Source: Syntrophales bacterium
Lineage (GTDB): Bacteria; Desulfobacterota; Syntrophia; Syntrophales; UBA2185
Direction of reading: 5' to 3'
NCBI GenBank assembly: GCA_049512055.1
Contig: JBEKXK010000005.1
Location: forward strand, 2,207 to 66,206
Length of the DNA: 64,000 nt
Both the position numbers and the translations under genes were made by a program. The notes below the pieces were generated by a model. The model was given only the letters and a program-made list of their open reading frames with translations. It had not been told where the DNA came from and searched no databases. Of the stretch, positions 46,489 through 56,270 are shown piece after piece (position 1 is the first letter of the stretch; every line of letters starts with the position of its first letter).

Positions 46489-47889
46489 ATGAATAACGGC
46501 AACAGAAGAGACACCATGCGGAGAAAAGTCAAACGCATCCACTTTGTTGGCATAGGCGGCATCGGCATGAGTGGCATAGCAGAGGTACTCCTCAACCTGG
46601 GCTACACGGTGAGCGGATCGGACCTCAGTCAGTCCGACCTGACGCACAAGCTGGCATCGCTGGGCGCAAAAATTTATGCAGGTCATAACGCTTCACAGCT
46701 TGGCGATACGGACGTGGTAGTCACCTCGACGGCAGTTAAGCCCGATAATCCGGAGGTGACGGAGGCGCACAGGAAAAACATCCCCGTCATACCGCGGGCG
46801 GAGATGCTAGCGGAGCTGCTTAAAATGAAGTTTTCCATCGCCGTATCTGGTAGTCACGGAAAAACGACGACCACCTCGATGGTGGCAACAGTTCTCGCGT
46901 CCGGCGGACTTGACCCGACTATGGTGATCGGTGGCAAACTGGCCAGCATCGGCAGTAATGCAAAGCTGGGGGATGGAGAGGTTATTGTCGCTGAGGCCGA
47001 TGAAAGTGACGGCTCCTTCCTGAAACTTGCCCCGTCCCTGGCCGTGATAACAAACATCGACCGCGAACACCTTGATCACTACAGGGACATTCATGACATC
47101 AAGGATGCTTTCTTGCAGTTCGCCAACATCGTTCCCTTCTACGGCTCCACGATCCTCTGCCTCGACGATGAGAATGCAAAAGACATCCTGCCCAAAATAA
47201 AAAGAAAGACCGTGACGTACGGGCTTGCAGAGCCTGCCGATTACAGGGCAAGCGCAATATCATTCTCCGGATCTTCTTCGAGTTACGCACTCTATTACAA
47301 AGATAGCGCCTGCGGAACAATGACGCTCAACGTTCCCGGACTTTTCAATGTCTACAATTCCCTCGCGGCGATTGCCGTCGCCAGAGAACTGGATATGGAA
47401 TATGGAGCCATTAAGGAAGGACTGAAAGGCTTTGCGGGCGTCCAGCGCCGGCTCGAGGTTAAGGGCAAGGTAAATGGGATCACTATCGTGGATGACTATG
47501 GTCATCACCCGACCGAAATCAGGGAGACTTTGAGGGCGGCGAAGCAGGTATGGAAAAAGAAAATCATCGTAGTATTCCAGCCCCATCGCTATACGAGGAC
47601 AAAAGCCCTTTTCAATGAATTTCTGGCGGCCTTCCCGGACGCGGATACCCTCATCGTGACGGATATCTACGCGGCAAGCGAGATCCCCATAGATGGTGTG
47701 AATGCGGTGACTCTCTGTGAAAGCCTTCGCAGCAAGGGCCACCCCGACGTGGTTTATATGCACGACTTTGACGCAATCGTGGATCATCTTCTTTCTATTG
47801 CAGAACCTTCAGACGTCATAATCACGCAGGGAGCCGGCAATGTTTGGAAGATCGGCGAGGAATTCCTGAAAAAGGCCTCGCAGAAATGA
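46489..47889 (+). CDS. murC: UDP-N-acetylmuramate--L-alanine ligase MurC
   Basis: 466 aa. [39 protein letters not shown]. An alternative start lies at 46516. Confidence 0.95.
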   Translation: MNNGNRRDTMRRKVKRIHFVGIGGIGMSGIAEVLLNLGYTVSGSDLSQSDLTHKLASLGAKIYAGHNASQLGDTDVVVTSTAVKPDNPEVTEAHRKNIPVIPRAEMLAELLKMKFSIAVSGSHGKTTTTSMVATVLASGGLDPTMVIGGKLASIGSNAKLGDGEVIVAEADESDGSFLKLAPSLAVITNIDREHLDHYRDIHDIKDAFLQFANIVPFYGSTILCLDDENAKDILPKIKRKTVTYGLAEPADYRASAISFSGSSSSYALYYKDSACGTMTLNVPGLFNVYNSLAAIAVARELDMEYGAIKEGLKGFAGVQRRLEVKGKVNGITIVDDYGHHPTEIRETLRAAKQVWKKKIIVVFQPHRYTRTKALFNEFLAAFPDADTLIVTDIYAASEIPIDGVNAVTLCESLRSKGHPDVVYMHDFDAIVDHLLSIAEPSDVIITQGAGNVWKIGEEFLKKASQK

Positions 47890-47908
47890 TGTATCCGGAA
47901 AAGACACA

Positions 47909-48838
47909 ATGCTCATGGACGCGACGCTACGCCAAAAGCTGAGGGACATAGTTTCCGGCAAGGTTCTGTTCGATGAGCCTATGTCCCGCCATACGTCGAT
48001 CGGTGTCGGCGGGATTGCCGATGCGGTGATTTGGCCGAAACGAAGCGAAGAGCTGAGCCGGATTATCAATTTTTTGTGGCAGTTCCAAATACCGTTTATT
48101 CCTATCGGCAACGGAACGAATCTGATCGTGAAGGACGGCGGTTATAAGGGCACTGTAATTTCCATGCTGGGCATAAACAGCATCAGCATAGCAGAGAGAG
48201 GCCCCGAACAGGTACTGCTCCATGCGGGCGCGGGTGCTACACTCTCCGAAATAGTTCTGCTCACTGAAAAGAGAGCTTTTTCCGGTATGGAATTTTGTGC
48301 CGGCATTCCCGGCAGTGTCGGAGGGGCGGTCAGGATGAATGCCGGCGCCTACGGCAGCGAGATTAAGGATGTCGTCGAAACGGTTGAATTGATGATTATC
48401 AGCGGAGAGATACTGGAATCCGGGAAGGGTGACCTTAAATTCACATACAGGAATCTCGACATTTCGGAGGGCACGGTTATCGTTGGCGCATCATTTCTCC
48501 TGGCAAAGGGAGCTGAGGAACAAATCCATGCCCGGATTAATGAGATTCTCGGAAAAAGAAAGAATAAGCACCCTCTGGAATATCGCAACGCGGGCTCCAT
48601 TTTCAAAAACCCAAATGGAGGTATTCCTGCAGGCCGGATCATTGATGAATTGGGCCTCAAGGGCATGCAGATAGGCGATGCAAAAATCGCGGAAAAACAC
48701 GCCAACTTTATTGTCAATTTAGGAAACGCGAAAGCGAGCGACATCATTGCTCTGATTGACGTGATTAAGACTAAGGTCAAGGAAGAGCGCGGCATCACGT
48801 TACAGACAGAGGTCATGATCGTCGGGGAAGATGGATGA
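47909..48838 (+). CDS. murB: UDP-N-acetylenolpyruvoylglucosamine reductase MurB
   Basis: 309 aa. FAD-binding N-terminus (HTSIGVGGIAD...IGNGTNLIV), GIPGSVGGAVRMNAGAYG, AGSIFKNP. Confidence 0.93.
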   Translation: MLMDATLRQKLRDIVSGKVLFDEPMSRHTSIGVGGIADAVIWPKRSEELSRIINFLWQFQIPFIPIGNGTNLIVKDGGYKGTVISMLGINSISIAERGPEQVLLHAGAGATLSEIVLLTEKRAFSGMEFCAGIPGSVGGAVRMNAGAYGSEIKDVVETVELMIISGEILESGKGDLKFTYRNLDISEGTVIVGASFLLAKGAEEQIHARINEILGKRKNKHPLEYRNAGSIFKNPNGGIPAGRIIDELGLKGMQIGDAKIAEKHANFIVNLGNAKASDIIALIDVIKTKVKEERGITLQTEVMIVGEDG

Positions 48839-49677
48839 AAACTCCCGTTAAATCAAGGTTGGAAGCCAAAAAATACAGACTGCAAAGACGTTCAAAACAT
48901 ATTTTGTACGAATTGTTGAGAACGGCCTTATTGCTGGTCGTCATATCGCTAATCGGCGCCTGCATGATCTTCGGATATAACTTTACCGTCAGCTCTCCCT
49001 ACTTTGAGATCAAAGAGGTTGTTGTTCGCGGTTGCAAGGAACTCACGGAAAAAGAAATTCTGTCATATGCCGCCATCAAGCCGTCTCAGAATCTCCTGGC
49101 GATTAATCTCGGCACAATCGCCCGCAGGATTGAATCAAACCCGTGGGTCAAGGAAGTTTCCATTGGCAGAGAATTCCCCGACCGTTTGGTCATTGATCTC
49201 CAGGAAAGAACGGCAGTCGCCTTGGTCAAGCGCGACAACGGTTTTAACCTGTTGGATCTTGATGGCGTGGCTTTTAAGAAGCTGGAAAAGAACGACGAAG
49301 TCGATATTCCGGTGCTTAACGTATATTATTCCGATGATAACGATTCCGCGCTTTTCACAAAATCCCTCGAACTCTTGAGATATCTGTCGGCTTCGAAAGA
49401 GTTCCCCACAATAAGGAACATTGCGGAAATTCATGGCCACGAAGTGTTCGGACTCTCTCTTTTCACTGACAGCGGTTTATGTATCAGGCTCGGTTTTGAC
49501 AGTTACGAAAACAAGTTAAAGCGACTGAACGCCGTTATGGCCGACCTGGAAAGAAGAAACATGAAATTAGGATTTCTGCTCATCGACCTCAACGATCCGG
49601 CTAAAATCGCCGTTCAGAAAAAAAATGTATTGAGCCCCATCGTGCCCTTAGTGCCAAAGAAGGGATTGAGGACATAA
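48835..49677 (+). CDS. ftsQ: cell division protein FtsQ (POTRA domain)
   Basis: 280 aa with a TM segment (LLVVISLIGACMIFGY) and a POTRA domain (FEIKEVVVRGCKELTEKEIL). The start overlaps the murB stop (ATGA). Confidence 0.85.
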   Translation: MKTPVKSRLEAKKYRLQRRSKHILYELLRTALLLVVISLIGACMIFGYNFTVSSPYFEIKEVVVRGCKELTEKEILSYAAIKPSQNLLAINLGTIARRIESNPWVKEVSIGREFPDRLVIDLQERTAVALVKRDNGFNLLDLDGVAFKKLEKNDEVDIPVLNVYYSDDNDSALFTKSLELLRYLSASKEFPTIRNIAEIHGHEVFGLSLFTDSGLCIRLGFDSYENKLKRLNAVMADLERRNMKLGFLLIDLNDPAKIAVQKKNVLSPIVPLVPKKGLRT

Positions 49678-49751
49678 GAGACAGCAGTTGCCGGCCGACG
49701 GAAACAGGAGGAATTTGTAATCAACTTATCAACGGTTACGGTCCAGTAAAG

Positions 49752-50999
49752 ATGAGGAAAGGCGGATCAAGGATGGTCAAGAAGGGACATGTAATTGTTG
49801 GCCTGGATTTGGGTACCACTAAGACCTGCGCCATAGTGGCTGAAATCACCGATACTGGTATCGACATCATAGGCATAGGCTCTCATCCCTCGGAGGGTTT
49901 GAGGAAGGGCGTAGTCGTCAATATTGAGAGTACCGTGGATGCCATCAGAAAGGCCGTTGAAGAAGCTGAGCACATGTCCGGCTGCGAAATAAGCTCTGTT
50001 CATGTGGGCATTGCCGGCGGACACATAAAAGGACAGAACAGTATCGGCATCGTGGCCGTTAAGGGCCGCGAGGTTGACGAGGACGACGTGCAGCGGGCGA
50101 TTGAGGCGTCAAAGGCCATTGCCATTCCTCTGGACAGGGAGATTCTGCACACCCTGCCCCAAAACTTTGTAGTTGACGACCAGAACGGCATCAGGGACCC
50201 CATCGGCATGTCCGGCGTACGCCTTGAGGCCAAGGTTCACATCGTGACAGGCTCCGTTACGTCCGTGCAGAACATAGTGAAATCGGTGAACCGCGTGGGA
50301 TTGGAGATAGACGATATTGTCCTCGAACAGCTCGCGTCAAGTGAAGCGGTCCTCAGTCCTGATGAAAAGGACTTGGGCGTGGTCCTCCTGGATATCGGCG
50401 GAGGCACGACGGATATCGCCGTTTTCTCCGAGGGCAGCATAAAACATACGGCTGTATTGCCCGTTGGCGGCAATTACATCACCAGCGATATAGCAACCGG
50501 CTTGCGAACGCCCATTACGGAAGCGGAAAAGATCAAACTTAAGTACGGGTGTTCCTTCACGCCCATCATCCCAAAGGATGAAGTCATAGAGGTTCCCAGT
50601 GTGGGCGGCAGAGAGCCGAGAGAAGTCACCCGTCAGATTCTCGGCAGGATCATCGAACCAAGGACGGAGGAAATCCTGAATCTCGCTTACAAGGAAATTA
50701 TCAAATCCGGGTATGAAGACATACTTGCCGCGGGCGTTGTCCTGACGGGAGGCACGGCCATCATGGACGGCATAACGCAGTTGGCCGAGCACGTCTTTAA
50801 TATGCCCGTCAGACGCGGCTGTCCGATAGGCGTGGGAGGACTGATAGACGTGGTGAACTCCCCCATGTATGCGACAGGCGTGGGACTCGTTATCTATGGA
50901 AGTAAAACCTTATCGAAGGATGCCTTAAGAAGGTTTGAAACAAACATATTCAGCAAGACAATGAGCAATATGAAAAAATGGTTTCTTGAATTTTTTTAG
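49752..50999 (+). CDS. ftsA: cell division protein FtsA
   Basis: Actin-like ATPase (VGLDLGTTKTCAIV, VLLDIGGGTTDIAVF, VLTGGTAIMDG) with a C-terminal amphipathic helix. An alternative start lies at 49773 (MVKKGH). Confidence 0.95.
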   Translation: MRKGGSRMVKKGHVIVGLDLGTTKTCAIVAEITDTGIDIIGIGSHPSEGLRKGVVVNIESTVDAIRKAVEEAEHMSGCEISSVHVGIAGGHIKGQNSIGIVAVKGREVDEDDVQRAIEASKAIAIPLDREILHTLPQNFVVDDQNGIRDPIGMSGVRLEAKVHIVTGSVTSVQNIVKSVNRVGLEIDDIVLEQLASSEAVLSPDEKDLGVVLLDIGGGTTDIAVFSEGSIKHTAVLPVGGNYITSDIATGLRTPITEAEKIKLKYGCSFTPIIPKDEVIEVPSVGGREPREVTRQILGRIIEPRTEEILNLAYKEIIKSGYEDILAAGVVLTGGTAIMDGITQLAEHVFNMPVRRGCPIGVGGLIDVVNSPMYATGVGLVIYGSKTLSKDALRRFETNIFSKTMSNMKKWFLEFF

Positions 51000-51014
51000 A
51001 GGGGAGGGAAGATT

Positions 51015-52166
51015 ATGTTTCAATTAATGGAGCCAGGTAACATGAGCTCAGCGAAGATCAAGGTAATCGGCATAGGTGGAGCGGGAGGCAATGCCGTCAA
51101 TACGATGATTTCGTACAACCTAAAAGGCGTCGATTTCATCGCGGCAAATACGGATGCCCAAGCCCTGGGAGCATCCAGTTCCCCCATCAAGATTCAGATC
51201 GGCGCTGAGGTGACTAAGGGACTCGGAGCTGGTTCAAATCCTGACGTGGGAAGAAGATCAGCCATTGAAACAAAAGATCTACTGAAGAATTCCGTCGCAG
51301 GGGCGGACATGGTGTTCATCACGGCTGGCCTTGGCGGCGGGACAGGCACCGGCGGCGCACCCATTGTCGCGGAGATTTCCAAAGAAATGGAGATTCTGAC
51401 CGTCGCCGTCGTTACAAAACCATTCCTCTTCGAAGGAAAGAAAAGGAATCAGCAGGCGGAAGAAGGCATTGAAGAGCTGAGAAAGATCGTGGATACCCTC
51501 ATTGTCGTTCCCAATCAGAGGCTCCTCAGTCTGGGAGGGAAGACCCTTTCTCTTCTGGAGGCGTTCAAGAAGGCAGACGATATCCTTTATCATGCCGTAA
51601 AGGGAATCTCCGATTTGATTATGGTGCCCGGTCTGATCAACCTGGACTTCGCCGACGTCAGAAGCATAATGTCCGAGATGGGGATGGCGCTGATGGGAAC
51701 CGGAATCGCAAGCGGCGATGGCAGAGCCGTGGAGGCTGCGCAGAGGGCGATATCTTCTCCGCTCCTCGAAGACAATACCATCCAGGGTGCACACGGTATC
51801 CTTTTGAATATCACGGGCGGCCCTGACATGACCCTCTTTGAGATAAACGAAGCATCCTCTCTCATCCAGTCGGAAGCCCATGAGGACGCTAACATCATCT
51901 TCGGCACCGTAGTGGATGAAGACATGGTAGATGAAATACGTATCACCGTTATAGCAACCGGTTTTAACGAGCCGCAGAAACCAAATCAAGTCATGAAAAC
52001 TGTTTCACGCATGGGTAGCCACAAGAGAGAGGACCTCTCTATGCCCGCCTATTTAAGGCATGAAAAGCCCATTGAAAATGTCAATGTGGTGAAGATGGGA
52101 ATGGTGGACGATGTAGACCATCTCGACCTGGAGATACCCACATTTTTAAGAAGGCAGGCAGATTAG
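51015..52166 (+). CDS. ftsZ: cell division GTPase FtsZ
   Basis: 383 aa. Tubulin signature GLGGGTGTGGAPIVAEI, NTDAQAL, and a conserved C-terminal peptide DLEIPTFLRRQAD. Confidence 0.97.
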   Translation: MFQLMEPGNMSSAKIKVIGIGGAGGNAVNTMISYNLKGVDFIAANTDAQALGASSSPIKIQIGAEVTKGLGAGSNPDVGRRSAIETKDLLKNSVAGADMVFITAGLGGGTGTGGAPIVAEISKEMEILTVAVVTKPFLFEGKKRNQQAEEGIEELRKIVDTLIVVPNQRLLSLGGKTLSLLEAFKKADDILYHAVKGISDLIMVPGLINLDFADVRSIMSEMGMALMGTGIASGDGRAVEAAQRAISSPLLEDNTIQGAHGILLNITGGPDMTLFEINEASSLIQSEAHEDANIIFGTVVDEDMVDEIRITVIATGFNEPQKPNQVMKTVSRMGSHKREDLSMPAYLRHEKPIENVNVVKMGMVDDVDHLDLEIPTFLRRQAD

Positions 52167-52191
52167 AGGAGAAAAATTCAAGCTGTAAATG

Positions 52192-52346
52192 CAAAATCCT
52201 AAAGAATTTAGTTCGCTCTGTTACTAAATGAGGAGCAAATACGAAATTCTAAATCCGAAAATCTAAACAATATCAAAATGAGAATGACCAACTCGTTTAG
52301 AATTTCGATATTCGAATTTGTTTAGGATTTAGAAATTAGGATTTTG
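52192..52346. repeat. cluster of AAATCCTAAA / TTTAGGATTT-type inverted repeats in the ftsZ-downstream spacer
   Basis: Three exact inverted pairs. 52192-52202 (caaaatcctaa) pairs with 52336-52346. 52242-52253 (cgaaattctaaa) pairs with 52296-52307. 52247-52256 (ttctaaatcc) pairs with 52325-52334. Confidence 0.7.
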
Positions 52347-52352
52347 GATTTT

Positions 52353-54047
52353 ATGTCCTGGAAACTCACAAAAAAATATGATGATGTCTTAGCCAATGAA
52401 GAAGGATATCAGAAAAAGATCTGGGGAGAACTCATCAAAGTTTGCCTTGCCTATCCGAATTACTATCGGACAGGAATGTCCAACCTCGGATTCCAAACCG
52501 TCTATTCTTTAATAAATCGCGAAAAATCATTTCTCTGTGAGAGAGTCTTTGTTCCCGACCCTGAGGACGAAGCGGTATTCGCTTCCGGATCAATCCCCCT
52601 CTTCAGCCTGGAGTCACAGAAGTCCCTCACTGAATTCGATATCATCGCCTTCTCCATCCCCTTTGAAAATGACTATCCCGGCATTCTGAGAATGCTGAGC
52701 ATGGCGGGAATTACGCTCTCCGCAGGAGATCGAAAAGAAACGGAGCCTTTGATCATCGGCGGCGGCGTCTCCGTAACACTGAATCCGGAACCGCTTGCGG
52801 ATTTCTTCGACCTGTTTCTCCTGGGAGAGGCGGAAGAGCTGCTCCCCGAATTTCTCAATGTCTTTGAAAGCTCCTGCCGTCTCGGCCTGAACCGAAACGA
52901 ACTCCTCTTTCGCGTACAGAAGGAAGTCACCGGGGCTTATGTTCCAAAATATTACAGAGTATATTACAGGGCAGACCATCTCATAGATGATATGCGGCCT
53001 GTAAATGCCGCACTGCCTGCAAAGATAAAGACAAGACATATATCCGACATCAACACCTTCACAACCGATCAATGCATCAGCACACCTTCTCATGAATTCA
53101 AGGAACTGTTCTTAACTGAAGTAAGCCGCGGCTGCCGGCGCGGATGTCGCTTCTGCGCGGCAGGATTCATATACCGGCCTGGAAGATTCAGGAGCCTGGA
53201 AACTCTCGAACCGTCGTTTATCCGCGGCATGAGCAAGGGAAAAAAGATCGGTCTTCTCGGCACGGCGGTTTCCGATCATCCTGACCTGCCGGCGCTATGC
53301 CGCTTCATCATGGATCAGAATGGAGAAGTCGCTCTCGGCTCCTTCCGGCTGGATCGTCTGGACCGCGAATTGGCTTCCCTGCTTCAGAACTCGCGCGTCG
53401 AAACTGTGTCCCTCGCGCCGGAGGCGGGAAGTCAACGCTTGAGAGACGTGATCCGCAAAGGCATAACGGAAGAAGATATTTTCCAGGCCGTCAAATTGCT
53501 CATCGAACATGGCATCGCCAATATGAGGCTTTATTTCATGGTCGGCCTGCCCACGGAGACAGCGGCTGACATAGATGCCATCATCGACATGGTCAAGAAG
53601 ATAAGACATCACATAATGAAGATTTCTGCGGGAAGAAAAAGGTTCAAACGCATAACTCTCAGCATCAATCAGTTCATCCCGAAACCCGTTACGCCCTTTC
53701 AGTGGCTGCCTCTCGAAGATATCAACGCCGTAAGAAAGAGGATGAGGAAGATTGAGAATACAATCCGCAAGGAGCCGACTGTAAAGGTCATCCACGATCT
53801 CCCGAAATGGAACTACATACAGGCCCTGCTCTCCCTCGGAGATAGGCGTGTCGGAAGCATCCTTCTGTCGGCTCATACAAACAAAGGCAACTGGCCCAAG
53901 GCCTTTAAGGAAGTCAATGTTAATCCGGATTTTTACGTATATCGCCGCAGAGATGCAGATGAAATTTTACCATGGGACTTTATTGACCACGGAATCGACA
54001 AGCAGTACCTCATAGACGAATACAGGAAGGCGATGGCGATACATTAA
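52353..54047 (+). CDS. radical SAM protein with N-terminal B12-binding-like domain (TIGR03960-like)
   Basis: The start is taken at the ATG at 52353 (the ORF track begins at TTG 52344). YPNYYRTGMSNLGFQTVYSLIN, radical SAM motif EVSRGCRRGCRFCAAGFIY, APEAGSQRLRDVI. Confidence 0.8.
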   Translation: MSWKLTKKYDDVLANEEGYQKKIWGELIKVCLAYPNYYRTGMSNLGFQTVYSLINREKSFLCERVFVPDPEDEAVFASGSIPLFSLESQKSLTEFDIIAFSIPFENDYPGILRMLSMAGITLSAGDRKETEPLIIGGGVSVTLNPEPLADFFDLFLLGEAEELLPEFLNVFESSCRLGLNRNELLFRVQKEVTGAYVPKYYRVYYRADHLIDDMRPVNAALPAKIKTRHISDINTFTTDQCISTPSHEFKELFLTEVSRGCRRGCRFCAAGFIYRPGRFRSLETLEPSFIRGMSKGKKIGLLGTAVSDHPDLPALCRFIMDQNGEVALGSFRLDRLDRELASLLQNSRVETVSLAPEAGSQRLRDVIRKGITEEDIFQAVKLLIEHGIANMRLYFMVGLPTETAADIDAIIDMVKKIRHHIMKISAGRKRFKRITLSINQFIPKPVTPFQWLPLEDINAVRKRMRKIENTIRKEPTVKVIHDLPKWNYIQALLSLGDRRVGSILLSAHTNKGNWPKAFKEVNVNPDFYVYRRRDADEILPWDFIDHGIDKQYLIDEYRKAMAIH

Positions 54048-54090
54048 TCGTACCATTCGAAGAAAACAACCGGGCTTGGAGGGGGATTCC

Positions 54091-54780
54091 ATGAAGAGGA
54101 AGGCTATATACATCATTTGCAGCATTTGTCTTATTTACGCGACGTCCTCAGTCGCGGAGGTCAAGACTTCAAGCTGGGTGGAAAAAGGTGTGGCCTTCGT
54201 CATGGAGGGAAAGTATAGCGAAGCGATAGAAGCCTTCAACAAGGCGATAGATCTGAATCCCAAGGATGCGGTCGCATATAATAACAGAGGCGCCGCCTAC
54301 GGCCAGACAGGAAACTACAAGCAGCAGATTGAGGACAGCACCAAGGCCCTGCAGCTAAATCCTAAAGATGCCGTGGCCTTCAATAATCGCGGCGTCGCCT
54401 ACGGCGAGTTGGGCAATTATGAGCAGGAAATCGAAGACTGCACCAAGGCAATCGAACTGAACCCCAACCTGGCCGTCGCCTATTACCATCGCGGAATTGC
54501 CTATCATAAGCTGGGGAACCGCAAACAAGCCATAAAGGACAAGAGCAAAGCCTATTCGCTGAACCCCAGAAAGACGTGGGGCAAGGTGGAAGTCGTGACG
54601 TCCGAGACGGCCGTGCATACCACAGATGAAAATAAGGTCAAGGTTATAGGGAATCGGGACAGCAAGCGCTATCATCTTCCGGGAATGAAATTCTATGACA
54701 AGGTTCTGGAGTATCATCGCGTCACATTTCACTCAGAAGAGGAGGCCATCAAGGCCGGTTATCACAAGGCGAGCCAATAA
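54091..54780 (+). CDS. secreted TPR-repeat protein with a short conserved-looking C-terminal module
   Basis: The start is taken at the ATG at 54091 (MKRKAIYIICSICLIYATSSVA signal). It has four nearly identical TPR units (DLNPKDAVAYNNRGAAYGQTGNY, QLNPKDAVAFNNRGVAYGELGNY, ELNPNLAVAYYHRGIAYHKLGN). C-terminal segment SKRYHLPGMKFYDKV...VTFHSEEEAIKAGYHKA. Confidence 0.75.
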   Translation: MKRKAIYIICSICLIYATSSVAEVKTSSWVEKGVAFVMEGKYSEAIEAFNKAIDLNPKDAVAYNNRGAAYGQTGNYKQQIEDSTKALQLNPKDAVAFNNRGVAYGELGNYEQEIEDCTKAIELNPNLAVAYYHRGIAYHKLGNRKQAIKDKSKAYSLNPRKTWGKVEVVTSETAVHTTDENKVKVIGNRDSKRYHLPGMKFYDKVLEYHRVTFHSEEEAIKAGYHKASQ

Positions 54781-54880
54781 AAAGCTGCGGCAAGACAGAT
54801 GCGGCCCGTTTCATATTGACAGTCAGAAGTGTTTTTCCTATAGTTGTTTGAACAGTAACTTAACCTTATAAATAGATACT

Positions 54881-55666
54881 ATGAAAAGCTTCAGAATCGC
54901 AACCTACAACGTGAATTCCATCCGCTCCCGCCTCCACATTGTCATACCGTGGCTTAAGGCAAATCGCCCGGACGTCTTTTGCATGCAGGAGACCAAGGTT
55001 GACGATAAGAATTTTCCCGCCCACGAGTTTGAAGAAGCAGGCTACCATGTGATCTTCAGGGGAGATAAACGTTATAACGGCGTGGCCGTGGCGTCCCTGG
55101 AAAAACCGGCGGGCATCCATTTCGGCTTTGATGACGGCGGCACGCCCGATCACGACCGCCTGATCCGGGGCGTGTTTTCCGGCATATCCGTGTTGAACAC
55201 GTATGTCCCCCAGGGGCGCGAGCTGGCAAGTGAACACTTTGCTTACAAACTCAAATGGTTCAAACGGCTCACGGCGCTTCTTGAAAAATCTTATTCATCC
55301 GCAAAGCCTTTGATCTGGTGCGGAGACCTCAATGTGGCGCCGGAGGCCATAGACGTGCATAATCCCAAGAAGCTCGTGGGCCATGTCTGTTTTGCACCTG
55401 AGGTGCGGGAGGCTTTTGATCTCGTGAAGTCATGGGGCTTTCTTGATCTCTTCAGAAAATTCCACCCTGAAGAAGGGAATCAATATACGTTCTTCGATTA
55501 CCGGGTGCCGAAATCCGTCGAGCGGGGCCTGGGTTGGCGGGTAGACCACATCTTAGCGACAAGGCCCCTGGCCGGAAAATCAACAGACTGCAGAATTGAC
55601 ATGGAACCGAGGCTTGCGGAAAAGCCATCGGATCATACGGTTGTTGTCGCCGAATTCAAGCTATGA
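54881..55666 (+). CDS. xthA: exodeoxyribonuclease III
   Basis: 261 aa. [48 protein letters not shown]. Confidence 0.92.
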   Translation: MKSFRIATYNVNSIRSRLHIVIPWLKANRPDVFCMQETKVDDKNFPAHEFEEAGYHVIFRGDKRYNGVAVASLEKPAGIHFGFDDGGTPDHDRLIRGVFSGISVLNTYVPQGRELASEHFAYKLKWFKRLTALLEKSYSSAKPLIWCGDLNVAPEAIDVHNPKKLVGHVCFAPEVREAFDLVKSWGFLDLFRKFHPEEGNQYTFFDYRVPKSVERGLGWRVDHILATRPLAGKSTDCRIDMEPRLAEKPSDHTVVVAEFKL

Positions 55667-55682
55667 GGAAGGAGATAAGTTA

Positions 55683-56222
55683 ATGGACGAACATGCCGAC
55701 ATCTTGAAGACAAACGAAGAAATCGCAAAAAAAATAAACAAGATCGAGAAACACCTCTCTTCCTTCCTCAACGCCAAAGACCTTTTTGAAAAGCTGCTCG
55801 TACAGATTCAAGAAGAATTCAGCATTCCCTTCGTGTGGATCTCCGTTGCGGCGGAAACCGGTTTTGCAAGCCTGATTCAGCTGCTGAGGTCATCGCATAT
55901 TATCAAGGAGCGTCTCAACATAATAGACCGTGCCACCTTCTTGAATATCATCGGCGAAAGCGCAAAACCTGTACTCGTAAACAACGATCTCAAGCCCTTT
56001 TACAAGCTTCTTCCGCGCAAGAAGAAATTCTTTATCAAATCTATCGCCATCGCCCCCATAATCGTCAATAACGAGATTATCGGCAGCATAAATCTCGGAG
56101 ACTTCTCAAATCTGCGCTACCAGCCGGGTATGGACACCGGACTGCTTGAACAACTGGTCGGGAATGTATCTTCCTGCCTGGCAGACTTCATCACCTGCGA
56201 AAAGGAAGCTTCAAAGCAGTAG
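55683..56222 (+). CDS. GAF-like DUF484-family protein
   Basis: The start is taken at the ATG at 55683 (MDEHADIL...). The ORF-track extension overlaps xthA. An N-terminal coiled coil is followed by a GAF-like fold (FEKLLVQIQEEFSIPFVWISV...AIAPIIVNNEIIGSINLGD). Confidence 0.55.
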   Translation: MDEHADILKTNEEIAKKINKIEKHLSSFLNAKDLFEKLLVQIQEEFSIPFVWISVAAETGFASLIQLLRSSHIIKERLNIIDRATFLNIIGESAKPVLVNNDLKPFYKLLPRKKKFFIKSIAIAPIIVNNEIIGSINLGDFSNLRYQPGMDTGLLEQLVGNVSSCLADFITCEKEASKQ

Positions 56223-56270
56223 ATGAATGGCGGGAAGCCCGGACTGTGTGATTTTTAGGGCTCTATGTTC

